32,000 nt of DNA from Acidobacteriota bacterium. GTDB lineage: Bacteria > Acidobacteriota > Terriglobia > Terriglobales > SCQP01. The translations under genes and the position numbers were made by a program. The stretch spans positions 43,239 through 75,238 of the forward strand of contig JAJYIU010000005.1 in NCBI GenBank assembly GCA_021789895.1, read 5' to 3'. Positions 6,681-15,197 of this stretch are shown here, piece after piece. Every line of letters starts with the position of its first letter. Position 1 is the first letter of the stretch. A model generated the notes under the pieces. The model was not told the origin of the DNA, searched no databases, and saw only the letters and a list, made by a program, of their open reading frames with translations.

Positions 6681-8234
6681 CTACGGCTGCGGCGTCCCGA
6701 TGGCGGCGCCGCTGATGACCAGCTCCACCCGCCGGTTCTGCTGCCGCCCGGCGGCAGTTTCATTGCCGGCGATCGGGTTGGCCTCGCCGAAGCCCTGCGC
6801 CACAATGCTGTCCGGCGCCACTCCCTGCGCGGTCAGAAACGTCCGTACCGCATCGGCGCGCTCATGGGAAAGCTGCAGGTTATAGCCCGGAGTGCCAGTG
6901 TTATCGGTATAGCCGTTGACCGCCACTTGCAGCCCCGGATACGCGGCCAGCACCCCGGCTACCTTGGCCAGTTTGATCTTGGCCCCGGGCGTCATCATGT
7001 AGGAGTTGGTGGCAAACAGCACGTTGGGCATGTTCATGATCAGCCCCGCGGCGGTGTTGCGCGTGGCCAGAATGCGGTTCAGTTGATCTTCCAGCCGGGC
7101 GCGTTCCGCGGCCTGTTGCTGGGTTAGCGCCGACATCTGCTGGCGCGCCGCCTGCGCTTCCGCCTGGGCCTGGGCCGCCTGCGCCTGGGCCTGGGCGGTT
7201 TGTGCCTGTTCCGCCAGCGCCTGTTGCCGCGCCAGCGCCGCCTTTTCCCGGGCCTGGTTGGCTTCGGCCTGGGCCGCGATCGCGCCCGCTTCGGCCGCCG
7301 CCCCTCGGGCGCGCGCCCGCCGCGCCGCCGCCTTCGCCGCCAGCATGGCTTCCTGCTCTTGCCGGCGGTGCTCGATTCGCTGCCGCCGCAAGCTCAGAAT
7401 GCGCGCGTCTTCCGCCGTCTGCGCCGCCGCCCGCGCCATCATGGCGATCGGCTTGCGCCCGGCGTGCCGCTCCAAATACAACTGCGCCTGCTGGTATTTC
7501 CGCTGCGCCTGCGCCCACAAGCCGGGCGCGTATGCCGGCGCGCCGCTCCAGCGCGCGATGCGCAGCGCGTTTTGGGCTTCGTAGTAATCTAGCGGCACTT
7601 TCCTGGTCATCGCAAGCGCGGTCAATTCGCCCGCCGGAGCATTCCGCGTGTAATTGCTCTTCCGCAGCAGCAAGTAGCGCGCTTGCACCTGGCTGGCCTC
7701 GCCGGTAGTCGAAGGCCGCAGATGGTTTTCGAGCACCACGATGTTACTCGGCCGCGTCACCGCGAAATACGGCTCGGCGGTCACGATCAGGCCGAAGGCC
7801 TGCAGGTTCGTGGAAGTGTTGAGCTGCGCCTGGTGGTCTTTCAGCCCGACCTCGCCCAGGTTCACCGGACGCCCGGCGGGCGTGATCGCCCACAGTACAT
7901 AGGTGGTGTACGGGGGGCCGAATTTCGTCGCGGCCGTCATCTTCTTGAACCGCGCCTGAATGTGAGTGGCGCCGTTGCTCATTCGGATTTTGGCGTTCCC
8001 CTTGGCAAACGGCTCCAGCGGCGTGCCGCGAAAGTCGATCTTGGTTTTATCGCCGCGAACGCGGTAATTGACCGCTGTGATCGTGCGCGCCACCACTTCG
8101 ACGTGATATACCGGCACGTTGCCATGGTGGCTGACGGCGACCGGCGCTGACAGCGTGCCCGCCGGCTGCTGGGCGTACGCGGGCGCAACCCCCAGCCCCA
8201 GTAAACCCGCCCCGAGCAGTGCAACATATTTCAT
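6681..8234 (-). CDS. OmpA family protein (signal peptide, N-terminal domain, Ala/Gln-rich coiled coil, C-terminal OmpA-like peptidoglycan-binding domain)
   Basis: C-terminus NGYTDNTGTPGYNLQLSHERADAVRTFLTAQGV...NRRVELVISG is the OmpA_C signature. I place the start at ATG 8234 (MKYVALLGAGLLGLGVAPAYAQQ) because AGGAGG sits 5 nt upstream; the track start at 8240 is a GTG two codons earlier. Confidence 0.9.
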   Translation of the reverse strand: MKYVALLGAGLLGLGVAPAYAQQPAGTLSAPVAVSHHGNVPVYHVEVVARTITAVNYRVRGDKTKIDFRGTPLEPFAKGNAKIRMSNGATHIQARFKKMTAATKFGPPYTTYVLWAITPAGRPVNLGEVGLKDHQAQLNTSTNLQAFGLIVTAEPYFAVTRPSNIVVLENHLRPSTTGEASQVQARYLLLRKSNYTRNAPAGELTALAMTRKVPLDYYEAQNALRIARWSGAPAYAPGLWAQAQRKYQQAQLYLERHAGRKPIAMMARAAAQTAEDARILSLRRQRIEHRRQEQEAMLAAKAAARRARARGAAAEAGAIAAQAEANQAREKAALARQQALAEQAQTAQAQAQAAQAQAEAQAARQQMSALTQQQAAERARLEDQLNRILATRNTAAGLIMNMPNVLFATNSYMMTPGAKIKLAKVAGVLAAYPGLQVAVNGYTDNTGTPGYNLQLSHERADAVRTFLTAQGVAPDSIVAQGFGEANPIAGNETAAGRQQNRRVELVISGAAIGTPQP

Positions 8235-8364
8235 GCGCACCTCCTCTCGCTTTGAGATGCTGCAAGGCCTGGGCCAAGTCTAGTAATCCCTTTATACATC
8301 AGCCATTTACGCCAAAACTGCCGTAGATGGAAGAAGCCGGTCGGGAAGGTATTTTCTGCCGGAT

Positions 8365-8399
8365 GGAAAAGAGAAAACGGCCTGCATTTTTCTGCAGCC
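8365..8399 (-). terminator. Candidate intrinsic terminator after the FkbM-family gene
   Basis: The minus-strand RNA reads GGCUGCAGAAAAAUGCAGGCC (7 bp with one bulge) followed by GUUUUCUCUUUUCC. It starts 22 nt after the stop at 8421. Confidence 0.4.
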
Positions 8400-8420
8400 C
8401 GCCTGCCGAGTCTCGAGGAT

Positions 8421-9302
8421 TCAGAATCGCCGGGTGCCCGAAGTGTTCACAAATGTGCCGCTTGGCGTCTGGTGAGTGTCTTGATTGTTGGCCGCTGGAG
8501 CCAGCAGAAAATTTACAAAGCCGGCCTGGCGTATCTCCCAACCGCCCCATGCTTCCTTGATGGCCGCCTCCAGCGCCGCCGAGCAGCCGGGTTCCAGACG
8601 TTCGTGCAGCTCGATCAGCAGGGCGCGCGTCCGCCGCAGCCAGCCGCCCGCTTGCAGCACGCGGCGCTCCGCCCCTTCGATATCCATCTTCACCAGGTCC
8701 ACGGTTTCCCAGCCTAATTCGTCCAGCAACTCGGGAAGCGTGGCGGCTTGCACCTCCGGGCCGGCGCCGTCTTCACCCACCGTGGCGGCCCACGAAGCGG
8801 CGTGCGGGTCGCGAATACGAACCCGGCCCGGGCGGTCCCAAATTGCCAACTGGCGGCAGATGACGTTGGGCAGTTCGCCCACGTTATCCAGCAGCGCCTG
8901 GTAATTGGCGGGCGCCGGTTCGATCGCCACGATTTTCGCGCCCGGGTAGAGATCGGCAAGGAAGAAGGTGGCCAATCCGGTGCATGCGCCCAGATCGAGA
9001 ATTCGCCGCGCGTCCGCCAGCGGCGGATGCTGGTAATCCCGGCGCACAAAAACTTCCTCGAAAACGGCAAAATCGCTGCTGCGCGCGCGCAGATGCACCT
9101 GGCGTCCATTGGCCAGCGGCACGTTCCCGGTGCGGTGGCTGAGTTTCAGCAGTACGAAACTCCAGCGGGCGCGCCATCCCAAGCCGGCTCTCCGGCACGC
9201 CGCGAGAAGATTGGGAACTCGCCACAGACGGCGGGGCGCGCGGCGCAATCGCTGCCAGCGCGTTGCACGCGCATCTCCGGACGGTATGGAAGTTGTTTGC
9301 AA
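8421..9302 (-). CDS. FkbM family methyltransferase
   Basis: ILDLGACTGLATFFLADLYPGAKIVAIEPAPANYQALLDNV is a SAM-binding motif I followed by the family's EP...N block, and VDLVKMDIEGAERRVL is the FkbM hallmark. The start is uncertain: 9302 is TTG, and the only internal ATG codon (Met in VKMDIEG) lies too deep in the conserved domain to be a start. Confidence 0.8.
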   Translation of the reverse strand: MQTTSIPSGDARATRWQRLRRAPRRLWRVPNLLAACRRAGLGWRARWSFVLLKLSHRTGNVPLANGRQVHLRARSSDFAVFEEVFVRRDYQHPPLADARRILDLGACTGLATFFLADLYPGAKIVAIEPAPANYQALLDNVGELPNVICRQLAIWDRPGRVRIRDPHAASWAATVGEDGAGPEVQAATLPELLDELGWETVDLVKMDIEGAERRVLQAGGWLRRTRALLIELHERLEPGCSAALEAAIKEAWGGWEIRQAGFVNFLLAPAANNQDTHQTPSGTFVNTSGTRRF

Positions 9303-9431
9303 ATGCCCGCCCCGGCTAGCTTAATCCGGTCGCCGGCAAAATAGAATGCCGGTAAACGAAAGCCGCTCCACGGGATGCGAAAATAACGCCGCCGGCGGAG
9401 ATATCGAACTGGAATTTTAAAAGCGGAGGAT

Positions 9432-9507
9432 TGGTGGAGCTGGCGGGAGTCGAACCCGCGACCTCTTCAATGCCATTGAAGCGCGCTCCCAACTGCGCCA
9501 CAGCCCC
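9432..9507 (-). tRNA. tRNA-Ala (anticodon GGC), encoded CCA end
   Basis: The reverse complement folds by hand as a cloverleaf: GGGGCUG-UG-GCGC-AGUUGGGA-GCGC-G-CUUCA-AUGGCAU-UGAAG-AGGUC-GCGGG-UUCGACU-CCCGC-CAGCUCC-ACCA. It is 76 nt, with a G3:U70 alanine identity pair, a GGC anticodon and a T-loop UUCGA. Confidence 0.95.
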
Positions 9508-9807
9508 ACTTGGATGGCAACTCACCTATTCTGACGGAAATCGCGCTCGGGCGCAATGCTGCCGGCGTTCGGTTTGCCCGCCGCGATCGCCTCCGCCGCG
9601 CACGTCTTGCGCCGCGCGCGGGGCCTGCTTTGCGGCGGCCGACTTCGGTATAATAGGCCGTGCCCTGGAGCCGAGGCCGCTCTCTTACCCCATCTCCTGT
9701 CCCGCACGGGAGCCCGGGCCATCGGCGTCTCCTTCGAATCCGTTTCCCATTCCCCCGCGTTTTCTGCCAACCTGCGCGCGCCCGGCCGCGGCCGGAGGAG
9801 GCGGCGA

Positions 9808-11472
9808 ATGAGCTGTAAATTTATCTTCATCACCGGCGGGGTGGTCTCCTCGCTGGGCAAGGGACTGGCGGCCGCTTCCATCGGCGCGCTGCTGGAAAGC
9901 CGCAAACTCAAAGTTTCGCTGCTCAAGCTGGATCCTTACCTCAACGTGGATCCCGGCACCATGAGTCCCTTCCAGCACGGCGAGGTCTTCGTCACCGACG
10001 ACGGCGCCGAAACCGATCTCGATCTCGGCCATTACGAACGCTTCACCCACGCCAAGCTGACCCGCGCCAACAATCTCACCGCCGGCCGCGTTTATGAACA
10101 GATTCTGGCCAAGGAGCGGCGCGGCGATTACCTCGGCAAGACCGTCCAGGTGATTCCGCACGTCACCGATGAAATCAAAGCCGCCATCCGCAAGGTCACC
10201 GAGGACGTGGACATCGCCATTGTCGAGATTGGCGGCACTGTCGGCGACATTGAATCGCTCCCTTTCCTCGAAGCCATCCGCCAGTTGCGCCAGGAAGTCG
10301 GCCGCGAAAACGCCATCTTCGTGCACGCCACCCTGGTGCCCTACATCGCCACCGCCGGCGAGCTGAAAACCAAGCCCACCCAGCATTCCGTCCGCGAGCT
10401 GCGCGAGATCGGCATCCAGGCCGATATCCTGCTGGCGCGCAGCGACCGCGAATTGAGCCGGGACCTGAAATCCAAAATCGCGCTCTTCTGCAACGTCGCC
10501 GAAGACGCGGTCATCACCGCGCGCGACGCCGAGAGCATCTATGAGGTCCCGCTGCTGTTCGCGCGCCAGTCGCTGGATGAGTTGATTTTGCGCTACCTGC
10601 ACCTCCAGGCCCCGGCGCGCGACCTCGCCGCCTGGGAAAGCCTGATCTGGCGCATGCGCCATCCCCAGGGCGAAGTGGCCATCGGCGTCGTCGGCAAATA
10701 TATCGAGTACGAAGACTCCTATAAGAGCCTCAAGGAAGCGCTGGTGCACGGCGCCCTGGCGCATTCGCTGCGCCTGCGCCTGGAGTGGATCGAGGCCGAA
10801 GACATCCAGCCCGCCTCCGCCGCCGCCCGCCTCGCCGGCGTGGATGGCGTGCTGGTTCCCGGCGGCTTCGGCAAGCGCGGCATTGCCGGCATGCTGCATG
10901 CCATCACCCATGCCCGCACCCGCGGCGTTCCTTATTTCGGCATCTGCCTGGGTATGCAGTGCGCCGTCATCGAGTTCGCCCGCAACGCCTGCGGCCTGGC
11001 CGACGCCGACAGCTCCGAATTCAATCCCGCCACCCCGCACCGCGTCATCTACAAATTGCGCGAGCTGCGCGGGGTCGAGGAAATGGGCGGCACCATGCGC
11101 CTCGGCGCCTGGCCCTGCCGGCTCCAGTCCGGCTCGCTGGCGGCGCTGGCCTACGGCGGCACTGAAATCAGCGAGCGCCACCGCCATCGCTACGAGTACA
11201 ACCGCGAATACGAACCCCTGCTCACCGGCGCCGGCCTGAAAATCACCGGCTCCAGCCCCGACCAGACCTACGTCGAAGTGGTCGAGCTCGAGGGCCATCC
11301 CTGGTTCCTCGGCTGCCAATTCCATCCCGAGTTCAAATCCCGCAGCCTGGAACCTCACCCCTTGTTCCGCGATTTCGTCGGCGCCGCGCATGCCTGGCGC
11401 CGCGCCCATCGCCCCGCCGCCGCTGCCAATGCTCTGCCGCCGCACGCCGCCGTGCTGGCCAGAGAACCCTGA
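9808..11472 (+). CDS. pyrG: CTP synthase
   Basis: From ATG 9808 (GGAGGAGG upstream): [79 protein letters not shown]..., plus the glutamine amidotransferase half GICLGMQ...HRHRYE. The track start at 9556 is a non-homologous extension. Confidence 0.97.
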   Translation: MSCKFIFITGGVVSSLGKGLAAASIGALLESRKLKVSLLKLDPYLNVDPGTMSPFQHGEVFVTDDGAETDLDLGHYERFTHAKLTRANNLTAGRVYEQILAKERRGDYLGKTVQVIPHVTDEIKAAIRKVTEDVDIAIVEIGGTVGDIESLPFLEAIRQLRQEVGRENAIFVHATLVPYIATAGELKTKPTQHSVRELREIGIQADILLARSDRELSRDLKSKIALFCNVAEDAVITARDAESIYEVPLLFARQSLDELILRYLHLQAPARDLAAWESLIWRMRHPQGEVAIGVVGKYIEYEDSYKSLKEALVHGALAHSLRLRLEWIEAEDIQPASAAARLAGVDGVLVPGGFGKRGIAGMLHAITHARTRGVPYFGICLGMQCAVIEFARNACGLADADSSEFNPATPHRVIYKLRELRGVEEMGGTMRLGAWPCRLQSGSLAALAYGGTEISERHRHRYEYNREYEPLLTGAGLKITGSSPDQTYVEVVELEGHPWFLGCQFHPEFKSRSLEPHPLFRDFVGAAHAWRRAHRPAAAANALPPHAAVLAREP

Positions 11473-11478
11473 AGCCGC

Positions 11479-12315
11479 ATGCCGACCGCCGTTGCGCCCG
11501 CCGCCAACTTTGCCGTCGCCGGCCTCGAATTAGGCCGCCCGGCGCCGCTCTTCCTCATCGCCGGCCCCTGCGTCATCGAAAGCCAGGAGCATGCCCTCAT
11601 GCTCGCCGGCGAACTCAGCCGCCAGGCTCAGGCCGCCGCCATTCCCTTCATCTTCAAAGCCTCCTTCGACAAGGCCAACCGCAGCAGCCCGCGCGGCTTT
11701 CGCGGACCCGGCATGCGCGATGGATTGCGCGTGCTCACCCGCGTCAAGGCGGAATTCGCCTTGCCCATCCTCACCGATATACATCTCCCCGAGCAGGCAT
11801 CGCCGGTGGCCGAAGTCGCCGACATCCTCCAAATCCCCGCTTTCCTCTGCCGCCAGACCGACCTGCTCGCCGCCGCCGCCCGCACCGCCCGCCCAGTGAA
11901 CCTGAAAAAAGGACAGTTCCTCGCCCCCTGGGACATGCGCGGCGCGGTCGAAAAGCTCCTGGCCGAAGGCAATAACCGCATGCTGCTGACCGAACGCGGC
12001 TCCAGCTTCGGCTACAACAATCTCGTGGTGGATTTCCGCTCCTTCGCGCTGCTGCGCGAACTCGGCGCCCCGGTCGTCTTCGACGTGACCCACAGCCTGC
12101 AATTGCCCGGCGCCGCCGGCGACCATAGCGGCGGTCAGCCCCAATTCATCGAATTGCTCGCCCGCGCCGCCGTCGCCGCCGGCGTGGATGGATTGTTTAT
12201 GGAAGTTCATGAACAACCCGAACGCGCCCTCTCCGATGGCGCCAATGCCCTGCCGCTGGCGCGTTTTTCCAGCTTGTTGAAAGACCTCCAGCGCCTCCAA
12301 ACCGCCCTGCGCTGA
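11479..12315 (+). CDS. kdsA: 3-deoxy-8-phosphooctulonate (KDO8P) synthase
   Basis: LFLIAGPCVIES...FIFKASFDKANRSS...LTDIH...LQIPAFLCRQTDLL...NLKKGQF...LTERG..FGYNNLVVD...VVFDVTHSLQ. Starts 6 nt after the pyrG stop. Confidence 0.95.
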   Translation: MPTAVAPAANFAVAGLELGRPAPLFLIAGPCVIESQEHALMLAGELSRQAQAAAIPFIFKASFDKANRSSPRGFRGPGMRDGLRVLTRVKAEFALPILTDIHLPEQASPVAEVADILQIPAFLCRQTDLLAAAARTARPVNLKKGQFLAPWDMRGAVEKLLAEGNNRMLLTERGSSFGYNNLVVDFRSFALLRELGAPVVFDVTHSLQLPGAAGDHSGGQPQFIELLARAAVAAGVDGLFMEVHEQPERALSDGANALPLARFSSLLKDLQRLQTALR

Positions 12316-12446
12316 TTCTTCCACTCGAATAGTAAAACTCCGAATATGCAACGACTTACATGCTTGCATGCAATGCTTTACATTGACTTGACTTGAACTT
12401 GGCTTTTGCCTCCGGCATCGAATGACTATAGACGCATCCGCCGCTA

Positions 12447-12485
12447 CACCACGGAGCGTAAAATTGCACTACGGAGCATAAAATT
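12447..12485. repeat. Two tandem ~20-bp direct repeats abutting the ATG at 12486
   Basis: CACCACGGAGCGTAAAATTG (12447-12466) and CACTACGGAGCATAAAATTA (12467-12486), 17 of 20 identical. Each unit contains TAAAAT. Confidence 0.6.
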
Positions 12486-14066
12486 ATGGGAGGCTATTTA
12501 GGATCAAATTTCATGCTGCGATTTCGATCTGCCATCCTTTGTCTGGGCTGCAGCGGTTTGCTGGCAATGTACGGCTGTACCCCCGCCGGCGCGGCGCCCG
12601 GGCCGCCTACTGCTCAAGCCAGCCAGATCGGCCTGAGCGGCCCCACCCTGCCCAACCCCGGTAATCCCGGCATCAATCGCCAACAGCAGATTCAAGCCGG
12701 GGTAAAGGCCGCGCAGCAGGTATACCAGCAGATGCCGATCCTGCCCGCCGGCAACCCGGTCTCGCAGTATGTAAGCCAACTTGGCGCGCGGTTGGTCGCG
12801 CAAATTCCATCGCAATACTCCTGGCCCTACCAATTCCATGTAGTGGCGCAGAAAGAAATCAACGCCTTTGCGCTGCCCGGCGGCCAGGTCTTCATCAACC
12901 TGGGCGCGATTAACGCCGCCTCGAATACCGCCGAACTGGCCGGCGTTATGGCGCACGAGATGTCGCACGTGTATCTGCAGCATTCCGCCAAAATGGCTGT
13001 CCAGGCGCAGCGCACCCAGGGTCTCGCCGCCGTCGGCGCCGGCATTCTGGGCGCCATTCTCGGCAACGGCGCCGCCGGCCAAATCGCCACCACGGCGATT
13101 GGCGTCGGCGCCAATCTCTACGAGTTGAAGTATTCCCGCGAGGACGAAGCCCAGGCTGACGCCACCGGCGCGATCATCATGTACAAGGCCGGTTACGATC
13201 CCCGCGCCATGGCGCAGTTCTTCCAGAAACTGGAAAGCCAGGGTGGCCCGGGCGCGCCCCAGTTCCTCAGCGACCATCCCAATCCCGGCAACCGAGTCGC
13301 CTCGGTGGATCGCGAAATCGCCAACTGGCCGCCGGAGAATTATCGCAGCGACAACCGGCAGTTTCTGGCGGCCCGCAGTCAGTCCCAGCATTTGCAAGCC
13401 TACACCGCACAGCAGATTGCGGCCAACGCGAAATCCGGCTACTGGGGGCGCTTGAACCAAAAAAACGGCGCCGTCTTCTCGTATCAGCCGATCGGCTCCA
13501 ACGCCTCCTCCTCCGTTCCGGCCGGCAATGCCGCTCCCGCCGCCGCCACTCCCACGGCTTTGTCCCATGTCTCTTATCGCCAGGTCCGGCCCAGCAGCCG
13601 GATGCAGCCATTGCAGAACAGCGTGTTTAGCCTCAATTACCCCGCCAACTGGCAGGCTGCCACCGACCCGAATACCGGCGCGGCTACACTGGCCCCGCCC
13701 GCGGGCACGGCGGGCAGCACCGTGGCTTATGGCGTGGTCATCGGCGGCAGCGACGGCAATTCCACTTCGCTGTCGCAATCCACGCAGGCGCTGGTCCAGT
13801 CGCTGGAACAATCCAACGCCGGCATGAGTGCCCTCTCCAATCCCTCGCCGGTTTCCGTCTCCGGCATGGCGGGTGAATCGGTCATGCTGCGCAGCCAATC
13901 GCCGGTGATGAAGAATGGACGCCCGGTAGCCGAGCGCGACTGGCTGGTCACGGTGCCTCGCCCCGCGGGCGGGTTGCTTTATCTGATCTTCATCGCGCCG
14001 GAATCGAATTTTGGCAAGCTGCGGCCGACGTATCAGGCCATGCTGCGCAGCCTGCAAGTGCGCTAG
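12486..14066 (+). CDS. M48 family zinc metalloprotease (BepA/YfgC-like), probable lipoprotein, with uncharacterised C-terminal domain
   Basis: HEMSH zinc motif in AGVMAHEMSHVYLQH, followed by EDEAQADATG. Lipobox-like LLAMYGC near the N-terminus. The start is either ATG 12486 or ATG 12513 (MLRFRSAILCLGCSGLLAMYGC). Confidence 0.85.
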   Translation: MGGYLGSNFMLRFRSAILCLGCSGLLAMYGCTPAGAAPGPPTAQASQIGLSGPTLPNPGNPGINRQQQIQAGVKAAQQVYQQMPILPAGNPVSQYVSQLGARLVAQIPSQYSWPYQFHVVAQKEINAFALPGGQVFINLGAINAASNTAELAGVMAHEMSHVYLQHSAKMAVQAQRTQGLAAVGAGILGAILGNGAAGQIATTAIGVGANLYELKYSREDEAQADATGAIIMYKAGYDPRAMAQFFQKLESQGGPGAPQFLSDHPNPGNRVASVDREIANWPPENYRSDNRQFLAARSQSQHLQAYTAQQIAANAKSGYWGRLNQKNGAVFSYQPIGSNASSSVPAGNAAPAAATPTALSHVSYRQVRPSSRMQPLQNSVFSLNYPANWQAATDPNTGAATLAPPAGTAGSTVAYGVVIGGSDGNSTSLSQSTQALVQSLEQSNAGMSALSNPSPVSVSGMAGESVMLRSQSPVMKNGRPVAERDWLVTVPRPAGGLLYLIFIAPESNFGKLRPTYQAMLRSLQVR

Positions 14067-14075
14067 GCCGGGCCG

Positions 14076-15182
14076 CTATCCGGTCTGCTGGCTGATGCTC
14101 AGCAATAGGCCGATCGCCGCCAGCGTAAACCAGAGCGATGAGCCGCCGTAGCTGATGAATGGCAGCGGGATGCCTTTATTCGGCAACAGCGAGGTGGCCA
14201 CGCTCATGTTGATCAGCGCCTGCGCCAGCACCAGCGTGGTGATCCCCACTGCGAGCTGGCGCCCGAAAATCTCGGGAGCGCGCCGCGCCAGTCGCAGCCC
14301 GCGGCTCAGCACGATGACAAACGCCAGCAGCACCAGCGTCGCGCCCGCCAGCCCCCATTCCTCGCCAATGATGGAAAAAATGAAGTCCGTATGCGGATCC
14401 GGCAGAAAAAAAAGCTTTTGCCTGCCGTTCATGTATCCCAGCCCGGTGAACCCGCCGGTGCCAATGGCGATCAGCGATTGCACGATCTGGAAGCCGTAAC
14501 TGCGGGCATGGGCCCAGGGATGGAGAAAGGCGAGGATGCGGTCGCGCCGGTAGGCGATGTGGAACACCTGCCAGTACAGGACCGGCAGGCTCGCGGTCAA
14601 GGCGGCGGCAAAAAAGCGCAGCCGCAGGCCGGCGGCGTACAGCATCGCGGCGGCTGTCAGCGTCAGCGCCAACGGCGTGCCCAGGTCGCGCTCGAACAGC
14701 ACCAGCAGCACGATCGGCCCCGCCACCGCCGCCGCCTGGCGCAGCCCGTAATAGCCATCGCGCCAGCCGTGCAGCTTGTCCAGCCCCGGATGCCGGTCCA
14801 GCCAGAAGGCGAGAAACAGGATCAGCACCAGCTTGGCCAATTCGGAAGGCTCGAACGACAACCCGCGCCAGTAAATCCACCGGTGCGTATGCGCCCGCTC
14901 CGGCAGGGCCAGCGCCAGCGCCAGCAGCAGCAGGGTGATGCAGACGGCTGGATAAACCACCAGCGGCGAGCGCAGCCGGCGGTAATCCAGCCGCAGCGCG
15001 CCCAGCAGCGTTAGCAGTCCGCCGGCGGCATAGAGCAACTGCCGCAGCAAGTAATGATAGGGGGTCTGATAGTGTTCCAGCGAAAGCATCGCCGAGGCGG
15101 AAAACACCATCGCCAGCCCGACGATAACCAGGAACAGCGTGGCGCCCAGCAGGTAACGGTCGTATTGCAGCCGTTTGGCCAT
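14076..15182 (-). CDS. ftsW: SEDS family cell division protein FtsW (peptidoglycan glycosyltransferase / lipid II flippase family)
   Basis: 368-aa polytopic protein with SEPSELAKL, HTDFIFSIIGEEWGLAG and LPNKGIPLPFISYGGSS motifs. Sits directly after murD. Confidence 0.9.
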   Translation of the reverse strand: MAKRLQYDRYLLGATLFLVIVGLAMVFSASAMLSLEHYQTPYHYLLRQLLYAAGGLLTLLGALRLDYRRLRSPLVVYPAVCITLLLLALALALPERAHTHRWIYWRGLSFEPSELAKLVLILFLAFWLDRHPGLDKLHGWRDGYYGLRQAAAVAGPIVLLVLFERDLGTPLALTLTAAAMLYAAGLRLRFFAAALTASLPVLYWQVFHIAYRRDRILAFLHPWAHARSYGFQIVQSLIAIGTGGFTGLGYMNGRQKLFFLPDPHTDFIFSIIGEEWGLAGATLVLLAFVIVLSRGLRLARRAPEIFGRQLAVGITTLVLAQALINMSVATSLLPNKGIPLPFISYGGSSLWFTLAAIGLLLSISQQTG

Positions 15183-15197
15183 GGTGCCGGCGGCGCG

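Noticed and set aside
7140-7340. Repetitive GCCTGGGCC/GCCTGCGCC nucleotide pattern that could be mistaken for a tandem repeat or array.
   Set aside because: It is the coding sequence (minus strand) of the Ala/Gln-rich coiled-coil segment AQTAQAQAQAAQAQAEAQAARQQ of the OmpA-family protein. It has irregular periodicity and no spacer structure.
9303-9560. tRNA-Ala as a possible integration hotspot or genomic island border, with the FkbM methyltransferase next to it.
   Set aside because: There is no integrase, recombinase or transposase in the window. I did not see a direct repeat of the tRNA 3' end elsewhere. The neighbouring genes have the same GC-rich composition.
9649-9654. Perfect TATAAT hexamers in GC-rich leaders: 9649-9654, about 150 nt upstream of pyrG, and 28196-28201, 13 nt upstream of the hemX-like ATG. 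Also TAAAAT at 24683-24688, 6 nt before the DsbA-like ATG.
   Set aside because: No convincing -35 element sits at 16-18 bp spacing in any of these cases. They may be real promoters, and the latter two would imply near-leaderless mRNAs, but sequence alone does not support calling them.
9556-9807. 84-codon N-terminal extension of pyrG in the ORF track, and similar extensions: 800-907 on the glycosyltransferase, 18478-18624 on tdk, 24444-24581 on the secreted protein, 28985-29050 on hemA.
   Set aside because: The conserved protein N-termini begin at the internal ATGs. Several of these have their own Shine-Dalgarno sequence or a start-stop overlap. The extensions have no homology-like content.
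9685-11445. Very long antisense or alternate-frame ORFs. Examples: 586 aa opposite pyrG; 517 aa at 12504-14057 opposite the M48 gene; 596 aa at 14176-15966; 373 aa at 16029-17150; 362-373 aa at 20051-21405; 364 aa at 22364-23458; 395 aa at 29396-30583.
   Set aside because: Their translations are Arg/Ala/Gly/Pro-rich low-complexity strings with no motifs. Each lies opposite or out of frame to a gene with unmistakable conserved motifs. This is the classic stop-codon-poor shadow ORF pattern in high-GC DNA.
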